The notes beneath the pieces were generated by a model that saw only the letters and a program-made list of their open reading frames with translations, did not search any database and was not told where the DNA came from. Both the position numbers and the translations under genes were made by a program. Below, one piece after another: positions 27,666 through 36,329 of a stretch of DNA of 59,835 bases (the first letter of the stretch is position 1; the number at the start of each line of letters is the position of its first letter). The DNA is taken from the NCBI GenBank assembly GCA_028289725.1, contig JANQOH010000396.1, positions 1 to 59,835 of the forward strand, read 5' to 3'. This DNA comes from Alphaproteobacteria bacterium (GTDB lineage: Bacteria; Pseudomonadota; Alphaproteobacteria; UBA7887).

Positions 27666-28826
27666 TTACCGTAGGCCGAGTCCGCGCGCGATAATGCCGC
27701 GCAGGATTTCTCGCGTGCCGCCCTGGATCGTGAGTTTTGGCGCGATCATGGTGGCGTGGTCGATCACGTCCTGAAAATTGGGGCGATTGCTGGGTTCGAC
27801 ATCGGCGAATGCCGCGAGATCGCGGGCTTTGGCCGGCAAGGCCTGTTCCCAATTGGTGCCAAGGTCTTTGACGATCGAGGCTTCGAGCACCGGCTCCTTG
27901 CCTGCCGCCAGCATGCCGGCGACTGAAATCGACATGCGCCGCAGAGAGTTGAGCTGCGCGACCAGACGGCCGACGCCTTCCGCGCCACGGAGGTCGGGCT
28001 TATCACCCAGCGCGCCGATCAATTCGACGAGCACTTGATAGGTCTCCAAGAAGCGCTCCGGACCGCTGCGTTCATAGGCGAGCTCACTGGTCGCCTGTTT
28101 CCACGCCCCGTCGATCTCGCCGAGCACGCTGTTGTCCGGCAGCATGGCATCGTCAAACACAACCTCATTGAACTCGTGACCGCCGGTCATGAACGGGATG
28201 GGACTGACCGTGATGCCCGGCTTTTTCATATCGACCAAGAACTGGGTCAGGCCGTGACGGCGATTTTCCTTCGTCGGCGGCGCGGTGCGAAACAGCGCAA
28301 TCATGTAATCCGACTGGTGTGCGTAACTGGTCCAGACTTTGCGACCGTTAATGCGCCATCCCTGTTCGACCTTGTCCGCCTTGGTCTTGGCGGCGAATAG
28401 GTCCGAGCCCGAGTCCGGTTCGCTCATGCCAATGCAAAAAGTGCACTCGCCACGCGTAATGCGCGGCAATATGTCCGCTTTGATTTCCTCCGGCGCGTGC
28501 TGGAGCAGAATGGGCCCGCTTTGCCGATCCGCCACAAAATGCGCTTGTGTCGGCGCGCCGGCCGCCAGGAACTCTTCGTTCACGACATAGCGTTCGAGGT
28601 AACTTCGTTCATGCCCGCCATATTGTTTCGGCCAGGTCATGCCAATCCAGCCCTTGGCGCCGACCCTTTTGCTGAAGGCCCGATCGAAGCTGCCGCGACC
28701 GCCAGCATTGTTCGGATTGATATTGCCCGCGGCAATTTCAGCGTCGAGAAATTCCCGGACCTCGCCACGCAGCGACTCGGCCTCGGGTGGTAAACCCAGC
28801 GCATCAAACTCGATCGACTTCGCCAT
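27666..28826 (-). CDS. Acyl-CoA dehydrogenase
   Basis: 386 aa with three-domain ACAD layout. C-terminal LTIQGGTREILRGIIARGLGL. Confidence 0.9.
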   Translation of the reverse strand: MAKSIEFDALGLPPEAESLRGEVREFLDAEIAAGNINPNNAGGRGSFDRAFSKRVGAKGWIGMTWPKQYGGHERSYLERYVVNEEFLAAGAPTQAHFVADRQSGPILLQHAPEEIKADILPRITRGECTFCIGMSEPDSGSDLFAAKTKADKVEQGWRINGRKVWTSYAHQSDYMIALFRTAPPTKENRRHGLTQFLVDMKKPGITVSPIPFMTGGHEFNEVVFDDAMLPDNSVLGEIDGAWKQATSELAYERSGPERFLETYQVLVELIGALGDKPDLRGAEGVGRLVAQLNSLRRMSISVAGMLAAGKEPVLEASIVKDLGTNWEQALPAKARDLAAFADVEPSNRPNFQDVIDHATMIAPKLTIQGGTREILRGIIARGLGLR

Positions 28827-28899
28827 TGTCTTTCCTAGCGGGTTACGGCCACGTGATTGTGATCAATAGAAATGGCAGCACGTCCGACGCGTCCCTGTC

Positions 28900-29964
28900 C
28901 TAAGCCGCGGTGATCGTCGCCCATAATTGATCGGGCCCACCGGCGCAGATCATTTTGCCGATTTCGGCCGCCCAGACGCTTTCGCTGCCAAAATCGTCCT
29001 GCCACGACCACAGTCGCCGGGTAAATCGGTGCAGGACATATTCCTCCGTGAAGCCGATTGCGCCATGAACTTGATGCGCAATCGCTGCGCCTTCACGCGC
29101 GGCCTCGCCAACGCGCACTTTGGTCGATGCGACTTCCATGAACGTGCGATCGTCAAAGGCCTCTGCATCGCCGATTGCTTTTGCGGCCGAGCCAGACGCG
29201 GCCATCGCCGCTGCGGTCTCGCTGGCAAGTTTCGCCAATTCGTGCTGCACCGCCTGAAACTTGCTGATCTTTCGTTCGAAGGCGACGCGTTCCCCGGCAT
29301 AGTCGACCGAAAGATCTAAAATTGCTTCCAACGCGCTCGTCATCTGTAGGGACCGCGCTGCCGCGCCCATCAAACGCAAGCCACGCTCGCCGAGCCCTTC
29401 GGGTGCCGGTGCCGTCTTCAATGGCGTCACGCCGTCGAAGCGGACTTCGTCGCGCGGATCCGCTGCCAAATTGGTTCCGGCGATAACGGAGCAGGCGCCG
29501 GTTTCCACCAAGGCGACGACATTCTTGTCCGCTTGCGCCGCAATCAGCGCCATATGATCCGACGCGCTTGCCCAGGGAACTTGGTGCACGGACCCGACGA
29601 GACGGCCATCCGCATCCAGCACGATCCGATCCTTGGTGCGCGTCGGCGCGACGGTCATCCGGCCGGTTGGTGCCTCGATCCCGCCGCGGCCGAGCAGCCA
29701 GGCCGCGAGCAATGTCTCCGCGAGCGGCACCGGCGCCGCATAGGTGCCGGACACGCGGGCGATGGCAAATCCGTCGGCGATGGACGCACCGCCACCACCC
29801 AAGGCATCGTCCAACCATGCGACCGTCAAACCCGCTTCTTCGAGCGCAGTCCAAAGTGGTGCGCGCCAGGCGTCATCGTCGGCGCTGTTGATCGCCTGCG
29901 GATCGGCCAAATCGCGGAAAATCCGCTCGGTCGTCTCGACGATAATGGGATCCGCGCTGGTCAT
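28900..29964 (-). CDS. Acyl-CoA dehydrogenase family protein (shorter, possible non-catalytic partner subunit)
   Basis: 354 aa with the ACAD C-terminal helical domain (HQVHGAIGFTEEYVLHRFTRRLW). The usual EGT.EI segment is replaced by FGSESVWAAEIG. Confidence 0.8.
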   Translation of the reverse strand: MTSADPIIVETTERIFRDLADPQAINSADDDAWRAPLWTALEEAGLTVAWLDDALGGGGASIADGFAIARVSGTYAAPVPLAETLLAAWLLGRGGIEAPTGRMTVAPTRTKDRIVLDADGRLVGSVHQVPWASASDHMALIAAQADKNVVALVETGACSVIAGTNLAADPRDEVRFDGVTPLKTAPAPEGLGERGLRLMGAAARSLQMTSALEAILDLSVDYAGERVAFERKISKFQAVQHELAKLASETAAAMAASGSAAKAIGDAEAFDDRTFMEVASTKVRVGEAAREGAAIAHQVHGAIGFTEEYVLHRFTRRLWSWQDDFGSESVWAAEIGKMICAGGPDQLWATITAA

Positions 29965-30770
29965 CGGCCGACAAAGTTTGGAATGCGGCGTTCACCCATC
30001 GCTGTCACGCCTTCGGCAAAGTCCTCGGTTTGGCGAAGCCGGGTTTGTTCCGCGAGTTCGTGATCGGTCGCGGCGGCGACCCGATCCGCCAAACCTGCCC
30101 GCATGGTCGCGCGCGTTGACATGACACCGAGCGGCGCGCAAGTCGCGATTTCCGCCGCCAATTCCATGGCCGTTTGGCGGACCTGGTCTTGCGCGACGAG
30201 AACATCGGCGAGACCCATATCGACTGCTTCGTCGCCCTTGAAACGCCGGCTGGTATAGAACATTAGCGCGGCATTGCTCTTACCGATCAGCTCCGGCAGC
30301 GTCACGCTCAACCCGAAGCCGGGATGAAAGCCGAGCCGCGTGAAGTTCGCGCAAAACCGTGCCTCCGGGCACGTCACGCGGAGATCGGGAACCATGGCGA
30401 GGCCCAACCCGCCACCGACCGCCGCGCCGTGAATTGCGCCGACGATGGGCTTTTTCGTGCGCATCAGCCGCACGGCTTCCTGGTACAAATGTCCGGCGCT
30501 GAGGGGCCGGGTCTTGTTGGCCTCGTTCCCGTCGCCGTCGGAAAAATCTCCGCCCGCGCTGAAATCCGCCCCGGCGCAGAAGGCTTTGCCCTCCGCCGCC
30601 AAAACCAAGGCTCGGCATTCCGCTTCGTCGTCGAGCGTTTCAAAGGCATCCGCGATTTCGGCGATCAAATCATGATCGAAGAAATTGAAGGGCGGGCGCC
30701 TGATCTCGATGACCGCGACATGGTCCGAAAGATCGACGCCAATATCTTGATAACTCCCGAATGCGGCCAT
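29961..30770 (-). CDS. Enoyl-CoA hydratase/isomerase family protein
   Basis: EIRRPPFNFF..., GKAFCAGADF, IHGAAVGGGLGL. ATG 30770 is preceded by GGGGGAGA. The stop overlaps the start of the downstream ACAD gene. Confidence 0.85.
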   Translation of the reverse strand: MAAFGSYQDIGVDLSDHVAVIEIRRPPFNFFDHDLIAEIADAFETLDDEAECRALVLAAEGKAFCAGADFSAGGDFSDGDGNEANKTRPLSAGHLYQEAVRLMRTKKPIVGAIHGAAVGGGLGLAMVPDLRVTCPEARFCANFTRLGFHPGFGLSVTLPELIGKSNAALMFYTSRRFKGDEAVDMGLADVLVAQDQVRQTAMELAAEIATCAPLGVMSTRATMRAGLADRVAAATDHELAEQTRLRQTEDFAEGVTAMGERRIPNFVGR

Positions 30771-30861
30771 GGATCTCCCCCGGTATCCGCGGATAGTGAG
30801 TGCAGGCTTGCCGAGACCGGCGCGATGTATGAGCATGACCATTCACACATGGAGCCCGAAG

Positions 30862-31161
30862 ATGCAAGCCGACGAACGCGTGTCGCCTATGCCATTTCTG
30901 AGGAGCGCATCTGTAGCGTGGGTCTTGGCAATCTGCGCTGTTGGCGGCCCCGCCGCGGCGATGGAAGTGGACCATACCGATCGCATTGAAGAGGCGGCCG
31001 AACAAACAGGCTGCGTCATCGAGAAGATCGGTAAGGGCAAGAAGAAGTCGAGTGCGATGGTGTACCCGGTAACCTGCAACGCGGATGGCGAACCAGCCGT
31101 CCGCAAGGTCGCGTGCGCGCTCAATCAGTGCACGTTCGAGGATGACGCTGCAGCTCGATAA
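30862..31161 (+). CDS. Small secreted protein, 99 aa, four Cys (hypothetical)
   Basis: GGAG lies 7 nt before ATG 30862. Signal-peptide-like SASVAWVLAICAVGGPAAA. No family recognised. Confidence 0.45.
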   Translation: MQADERVSPMPFLRSASVAWVLAICAVGGPAAAMEVDHTDRIEEAAEQTGCVIEKIGKGKKKSSAMVYPVTCNADGEPAVRKVACALNQCTFEDDAAAR

Positions 31162-31187
31162 ATTGACGGGCCGATTCCGTCGGCGGA

Positions 31188-32237
31188 CTACTCTTTCTTT
31201 TCTTCTTCCACCACCACAGGCGCGGCTTCATCGGCCCCGGCGATCTCAAACCCGGGCTCAAAACCAAAACTCTTGGCAATACGATAAGAATGTTTGGCCC
31301 TGGTCTCGTATCGGATGACGCGCTGTTGATGCGCCGCGCGATCTGAGCGGCTTCTCGGCTTTAGCTTGCTCATGATCGTGTAGGTATCGCCCATTTCCTT
31401 ATGCGCGCCGGCATGGCGTCTTGGAAAGGCTTCCACGGTAAAAACTGCCAGGGCCTTTTCGTAGGTCTTGATCGCTTCCGTTAGCTGACGGTGACGATAG
31501 CCTTGCTCCGCTAGCAGAATGTATGCGCGGCTTACTTCCATCAGCGTTTCGCCGTGGGCGATCGGTTGCTCAAGTGGCTTCGCGATGCGCAGCGCCTCCT
31601 CATAGTGACGCATGGCGTTGTCCAGGGGATTTCGATCTGGGTCCAATTCGTGCAGACGTCGGTGCGCGTTGCCGACAAGGCGCAAGCCTGTCGCGTACAT
31701 GCCGGCATCTGCCTTGTCCGACAACACCGCAAGACCATCTTCGAACGCTGTGATGGCATTTGGAATTGGGGCAGCATCGCCAGTGCCTTGCGATAGGGTA
31801 AGGTACGCATCACCGATCCGATAAAGGATTTCACTATGAGTTCGGGGATCCGTCTCGGCCGGCCGCAAAGACAAGGCGTTACGATAGGATTCGATGCCTT
31901 TCTCGATGTCGCCTTTTTCGTTTCCAGACGCAGCGAGTCGAACAAGACTGGTACCAACACGGTCGCGAAGCTCGCTCTCGACCAACGGCGTGAGATCTTC
32001 GGGGAAGCCTGTCAGCACATAATCATATTCGCTCAGTGCCGTTTCGTACTTCCCGCGTAGGAAGAGTTTGTTCGCGCGATCAATCTCGTGCTGGATCATC
32101 GCCTCGCGTTCAGCCGCCTGCCGCGGCCGCACAACAGTTTCAACGTAGACAGTCGCTTGCCAGATCGACGCTGCGAGCAGGCCTAGAATGAGCGTGCTAA
32201 TGGTCTTTGGGAAACGACCGAGAAATCTTCCGATCAC
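31188..32237 (-). CDS. Membrane-anchored tetratricopeptide (TPR) repeat protein
   Basis: N-terminal TM (ISTLILGLLAASIW) followed by repeated A/Y/L-spaced 34-residue helical pairs. Last gene of the PQQ-dehydrogenase operon. Confidence 0.7.
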   Translation of the reverse strand: MIGRFLGRFPKTISTLILGLLAASIWQATVYVETVVRPRQAAEREAMIQHEIDRANKLFLRGKYETALSEYDYVLTGFPEDLTPLVESELRDRVGTSLVRLAASGNEKGDIEKGIESYRNALSLRPAETDPRTHSEILYRIGDAYLTLSQGTGDAAPIPNAITAFEDGLAVLSDKADAGMYATGLRLVGNAHRRLHELDPDRNPLDNAMRHYEEALRIAKPLEQPIAHGETLMEVSRAYILLAEQGYRHRQLTEAIKTYEKALAVFTVEAFPRRHAGAHKEMGDTYTIMSKLKPRSRSDRAAHQQRVIRYETRAKHSYRIAKSFGFEPGFEIAGADEAAPVVVEEEKKE

Positions 32238-32318
32238 GGATTACTCCTGGCTTAGCGAGCCGCTGTCCGAAGGGGCGCGTCCAGCTTTGTTTTTGGTGGT
32301 TGCGTGCTGGGAAACGTC

Positions 32319-32840
32319 CTAACTCGGTTTCGCGTTGGCCGGAGGTAGATCGATCGGAAACTCGACGGCCATAACCGAAGCCTGACCACCCATGCGCATC
32401 GAAATCCAATGGCTCGTAAATGTCACGGTCGATGCGCCTTCCGGATACACAAAGGTGAAGCTCGCGCTCTTGCTCTTCTTTCGATCGACGGCGGTCACCT
32501 CTTCGGAGATACCTTCGACATCAATCAGCTCGAACTCGGCCTGGGATTGATTGTCGGTCAAATAAATCGTCTGCAAATATTGATCTTCCAAGAAGATCGG
32601 TCGGCCGTTCGAGGCATTATTGCGAACACGAATGGAAATGCTCAGTTTGTCGCCAATACGTTCGACGCGTCGCAAGGTCCAGCGCCAATGATTCCGCTCG
32701 GAAACCTTTTGGTTTAGGTCGGCGCGCCAGTCCGCGCCCGCCAAGGCAGGCGCTTCGTCTTGCGCGACACTGAGTGGCATGGCCCCGAAACTTACGGCCG
32801 TTGCCAGAATGACTGAGAAGAAAAAGTGCTTAAACCGCAT
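32319..32840 (-). CDS. Periplasmic hypothetical protein (173 aa, beta-rich)
   Basis: Cleavable signal peptide MRFKHFFFSVILATAVSFGAMPLSVAQ. No recognised family. Same strand as the cytochrome c and PQQ-dehydrogenase genes, 105 nt downstream of the cytochrome c gene. Confidence 0.6.
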   Translation of the reverse strand: MRFKHFFFSVILATAVSFGAMPLSVAQDEAPALAGADWRADLNQKVSERNHWRWTLRRVERIGDKLSISIRVRNNASNGRPIFLEDQYLQTIYLTDNQSQAEFELIDVEGISEEVTAVDRKKSKSASFTFVYPEGASTVTFTSHWISMRMGGQASVMAVEFPIDLPPANAKPS

Positions 32841-32945
32841 GGCATGTCACCTGATTTTTGGGCTGGGGCTCATCTTGCCATGTCCTGCGCAAGTGGATCG
32901 AAATACCAACGCTCTGAACCACTGGGTCGGCCGGATCTGGCCTCG

Positions 32946-33986
32946 CTACTCGATATAGGACAGATGTGCGCGGACTTGGGCCAATCCGCCTTCGCCTTCT
33001 TCCCAAGAGACATTGCCATCACCGTTGGCGTCGACCCCATTGAGAATCCAGTCGATCCGCTCGACGATTTCCTCAGCATAGAATGCTGATGAAACCGGGG
33101 ATGCACCACCAATAATTTGACCCGCCTTATCGACGGTCTTGCCCGCCCAAAATTGAATATTTCTTGCCGATGCTAACACGTGCTCCGCATGGATCTTCGC
33201 GCTCTCGCTTGCGTCCCCGGCGTCCCGCGCGAACTCCATATGCTGAATAATGCCTGCCGCCGCCTTGACGATCCCGTATCCCATACCCGGTCCTTCACCC
33301 GACCGTTCCTTTGTCGGGTCGACCGCATGGCGCACGTGGCGGGTGTGGAGTTGGATGTTCGGCAGGTCTTCCAAGTCGGTGACCGCATAGCCCGCATGCT
33401 CTTTCGCGATCATGGCTTCTTGCTCGAGGATCGTCGCCAGTCCGACTTCACCCGGCGTGTCGGTCCAACTGGTCAAAATATGTCCAATGTGGATCTGGTA
33501 CTCTTTTGGTTCCGCCGGTTCGCTGGTGGTCGAAGAGGCAGGAATGACCTGCCCCTCCTCTTCAACTTCAGACGTCTCGTCGGGGTCCGCCCAATTGGCG
33601 TTCCGTTTGGCGAGCGTTTCGAGATAGGCGCCGATCTGGTTGATTTGCTCGTCGCTAATCTCGCCCATCCCGCCCCACTCCGGCATGGTCTTGTAACCTT
33701 CCTTTACGGTCTGAACGAACTTCGTGTAGCCGCGCTTAAACTTGCGCAGGTCGGCTGAGTTCGGGAGGCCCCGACCGCGGCCGTCGGCTCGCATGCCGTG
33801 GCAATAGGCGCAGTTCGCACGATAGATCGTTTGCCCCGCCGCTTCCGCTTCTTTGTCGCCGGAGAGCGGATTGGGCGATTTCTTACCTTCTTCGCCAACG
33901 GCTTCCGCAATATTGCCGCCGCCGGCCCAAACCATCGCCGCCACCATCGCGACGCACGCGGCCAGCGTCAGTCGCCTTAATGTCAT
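32946..33986 (-). CDS. Cytochrome c (mono-haem CAYCH) fused to a His-rich helical C-terminal domain ending in an EF-hand loop
   Basis: Signal peptide, haem motif CAYCHG with distal KTMPEW. C-terminal DANGDGNVSWEE (nt 32997-33032). ATG 33986 is preceded by GAGGA. Confidence 0.8.
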   Translation of the reverse strand: MTLRRLTLAACVAMVAAMVWAGGGNIAEAVGEEGKKSPNPLSGDKEAEAAGQTIYRANCAYCHGMRADGRGRGLPNSADLRKFKRGYTKFVQTVKEGYKTMPEWGGMGEISDEQINQIGAYLETLAKRNANWADPDETSEVEEEGQVIPASSTTSEPAEPKEYQIHIGHILTSWTDTPGEVGLATILEQEAMIAKEHAGYAVTDLEDLPNIQLHTRHVRHAVDPTKERSGEGPGMGYGIVKAAAGIIQHMEFARDAGDASESAKIHAEHVLASARNIQFWAGKTVDKAGQIIGGASPVSSAFYAEEIVERIDWILNGVDANGDGNVSWEEGEGGLAQVRAHLSYIE

Positions 33987-34013
33987 TCTTTTTATCCTCG
34001 CAGTTTTAGGAAA

Positions 34014-34043
34014 GGGATGGCGCGCCGCTAGGCACGCCATCCC
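34014..34043 (-). promoter_or_regulatory. Intercistronic stem-loop between PQQ dehydrogenase and cytochrome c genes (9-bp perfect stem, 12-nt loop)
   Basis: GGGATGGCG-cgccgctaggca-CGCCATCCC. On the minus strand it is followed only by TTTCC, so it is more likely a processing/stability or partial-termination element than a full terminator. Confidence 0.4.
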
Positions 34044-34079
34044 CCCTCAATGTCGTAACTCAAGACTGACGATCTACCC

Positions 34080-35774
34080 TTACAGGCCGAACGTCACCAT
34101 GATGCTCGAGTGATTGATCGGATTGTCATCCGGTGCCGAACCGAAGAGCGGCAAACCGCCGAGGGCAAACGTGATGTATTGTTGGCCGTCGACCAAATAG
34201 GTCGATGCCCCCGAATGCGACGTGGAGTTGGTGTTGAACGTGTACAACGTTTCACCCGTAGTCGCATTGGCCACCGTCACCAAGCCGCCTTGAGTCGCGA
34301 AAATGGTCAGGTTGCCTGCGGTGGTCAACATACCGCCGGCATCGCCATCACGCGATTCGCCGATCCGCCAAACTTCTGCCCCAGACTTGAGATCGTGCGC
34401 CGAGTTGACCTGTGAGCCACCGGCCATAATCTCGAATGTCGCGCCGAGATTTTGGACATTGCTGGTCACTTGGACTTTCTCGAGCACGTAGCTCATCCTG
34501 TTTTCACGACGCGGCAGATAGACCATCCCGGTGTCTGGGTTGAGTGCCGACGGAGACAGGTTCACCGAACCAAGAAGGCTCGGCCAGATCTCGACGGTCT
34601 CGCCCTCAGGTGGAATTGGCGTATCCCAGATCGGGTTGCCATCGGCGTCATAGCCCTTGGCCCAGTTGATCTTATCCGCGTGCTGCGGCGCTTGGAGAAA
34701 CTCGCCCGTGGCCGCATCGAGATAATGGGTGTAACCAGTCTTGTTTGGCTGAACGATCGTCCGCCGACCATCGATCGTGGCAAGCATCGGTGTTTGAGGC
34801 GTATCGTAATCCCACGGATCGCCCGGCACCGCCGTGTAGCGCCACTTCACTTCACCGGTCTCAATGTCCACGGCCGCGATCGCCGCCGCGCCTTCGTTGC
34901 GCATGCCGCCGGCACCGGCGCCGTCGCGTTCGGTGTACGGGTTCCATGGATACGCGTTTGCGGTCCCCGTGAAGTACAAATTGAGCTCAGGGTCGTACGA
35001 GCCGATGATCCAAGGGCCGGCACCGCCATATTCGCGGCTATCGCCCGGCCACGTATCGCCGCCTGGCTCATCCGGACCTGGGATCATGTTGGCGGCCCAA
35101 AGCTGTTCGCCGGTCTCAAGATCGTGACCATGGACGTAACCCTGGAGGCCGCCTGTATCGGTCGCGTTCATCGGAACGATCAGGGCACCCGGCACAACCA
35201 TTGGTCCTGAGGTGCAGAAATACCCGTTTGAATCGTCGGCTTGTTCGAAATCCTTCGGATACGGCCGATCGATTTTGTGAGTAAAGATCTCATCGCCGGA
35301 CTTGGCGTTGAGCGCGACGATCGTGCACTCATTGGTCACGAAGTAAACATTGTCGCCGCCGAGCGCGACGCCTTTGTGCTTACCGGTGAAGAAAGGCACA
35401 AACTGGCCGCCCCAGTCTTCCGGCAATTCCCACTCATACTTCCAAATGCGAGAGCCCGAACGGGCATCTACCGCGTGCACCATATTGTCCTGCGGCAAAT
35501 ACAAGATGCCGTCGGAATAAAGCGGTGTCGCTTGCGCGTCGGTCTCGCCGCCGATCGAATAGATCCATTTGACGTTCAAATCACCGGCATTGTTCGGGTT
35601 CAACTGCGTCAACGTGCTGTAACGCGTGCCGTCCCAATTGCCGTTGATATGAAGCCATTCGCCGCCCGCGGGCCGTGCCAGATCTTCATCCGACACAAAA
35701 GCCTGCGCCGCCGTCGACGCCAACACCAGCGCCGAGGCGGCCGCGAGCAATCCAGTGATTCTGGTAACGCTCAT
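34080..35774 (-). CDS. PQQ-dependent dehydrogenase, methanol/ethanol family (divergent)
   Basis: Signal peptide and an eight-bladed propeller pattern (GNWDGTRYSTLTQLNPNNAGDLNVKWIYS...). The catalytic region is PGDPWDYDTPQTPML. GGGAGGA SD lies 8 nt before ATG 35774. Confidence 0.9.
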   Translation of the reverse strand: MSVTRITGLLAAASALVLASTAAQAFVSDEDLARPAGGEWLHINGNWDGTRYSTLTQLNPNNAGDLNVKWIYSIGGETDAQATPLYSDGILYLPQDNMVHAVDARSGSRIWKYEWELPEDWGGQFVPFFTGKHKGVALGGDNVYFVTNECTIVALNAKSGDEIFTHKIDRPYPKDFEQADDSNGYFCTSGPMVVPGALIVPMNATDTGGLQGYVHGHDLETGEQLWAANMIPGPDEPGGDTWPGDSREYGGAGPWIIGSYDPELNLYFTGTANAYPWNPYTERDGAGAGGMRNEGAAAIAAVDIETGEVKWRYTAVPGDPWDYDTPQTPMLATIDGRRTIVQPNKTGYTHYLDAATGEFLQAPQHADKINWAKGYDADGNPIWDTPIPPEGETVEIWPSLLGSVNLSPSALNPDTGMVYLPRRENRMSYVLEKVQVTSNVQNLGATFEIMAGGSQVNSAHDLKSGAEVWRIGESRDGDAGGMLTTAGNLTIFATQGGLVTVANATTGETLYTFNTNSTSHSGASTYLVDGQQYITFALGGLPLFGSAPDDNPINHSSIMVTFGL

Positions 35775-36232
35775 CAACCCTTCCTCCCTTTATGAATTCT
35801 TATAACGCCCTGGACGTAGAAGGTTTTAAGTCCACGCGTTGTTCGAGCATCGCATCAAAACAGCCAAAAAGCAATCGACGGAGAATGGCGAAATTGCTGT
35901 GTTTTGAGCACATGCGGGCCGTCGGTCCGCATCAATACAACCGATAAACAACCACTAGAAAGTGCTTGGAATGGCTAACTTTTTGAAACGCCCTATCGGG
36001 CGAGCTCCAGCCGCGTTGTGACTAGGTTCGGTGAACCGACTTCGCGCCTGGATTGGGAGCCAGGTGCCCGAAGGAGCATCTTGTCTCACGCGGCCGAGCG
36101 CTGCGTCCGGTGTGGCACTTCGATTGACAAGGCTAGATATCGCTCTTAAGGTGCCGCGCCATAGACGATAGCATGCTATAAGTGTATGATTATTATATAG
36201 ATTTCAGAACAATGAAGGACTCGCCAAGTGCG

Positions 36233-36248
36233 CAGTGATATCTGTCAC
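36233..36248. promoter_or_regulatory. Near-consensus CRP-type palindrome AGTGA-TATCTG-TCACA ~90 nt upstream of the motA/exbB-like gene
   Basis: Read directly; 9 of 10 half-site positions match TGTGA-N6-TCACA. Located in an AT-rich spacer. Confidence 0.25.
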
Positions 36249-36329
36249 AGTAATGGGGGCTTTGATGTGAGTATTGGTGTCTATTTTATTGAGTAGGTAG
36301 CATTGGGCACGGGGAACGGGAAGCGCCAT

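Noticed and set aside
27477-27674. 65-aa Pro/Arg-rich plus-strand ORF in the thiolase-ACAD gap
   Set aside because: The composition is non-protein-like and the sequence is fully occupied by three stable hairpins. It is treated as an RNA/structural element instead.
35898-35912. TGTGT-TTTGA-GCACA inverted repeat as a third CRP-type site
   Set aside because: The TGTG and CACA cores are separated by 7 nt rather than the 8 nt of TGTGA-N6-TCACA, so the half-site phasing is wrong.
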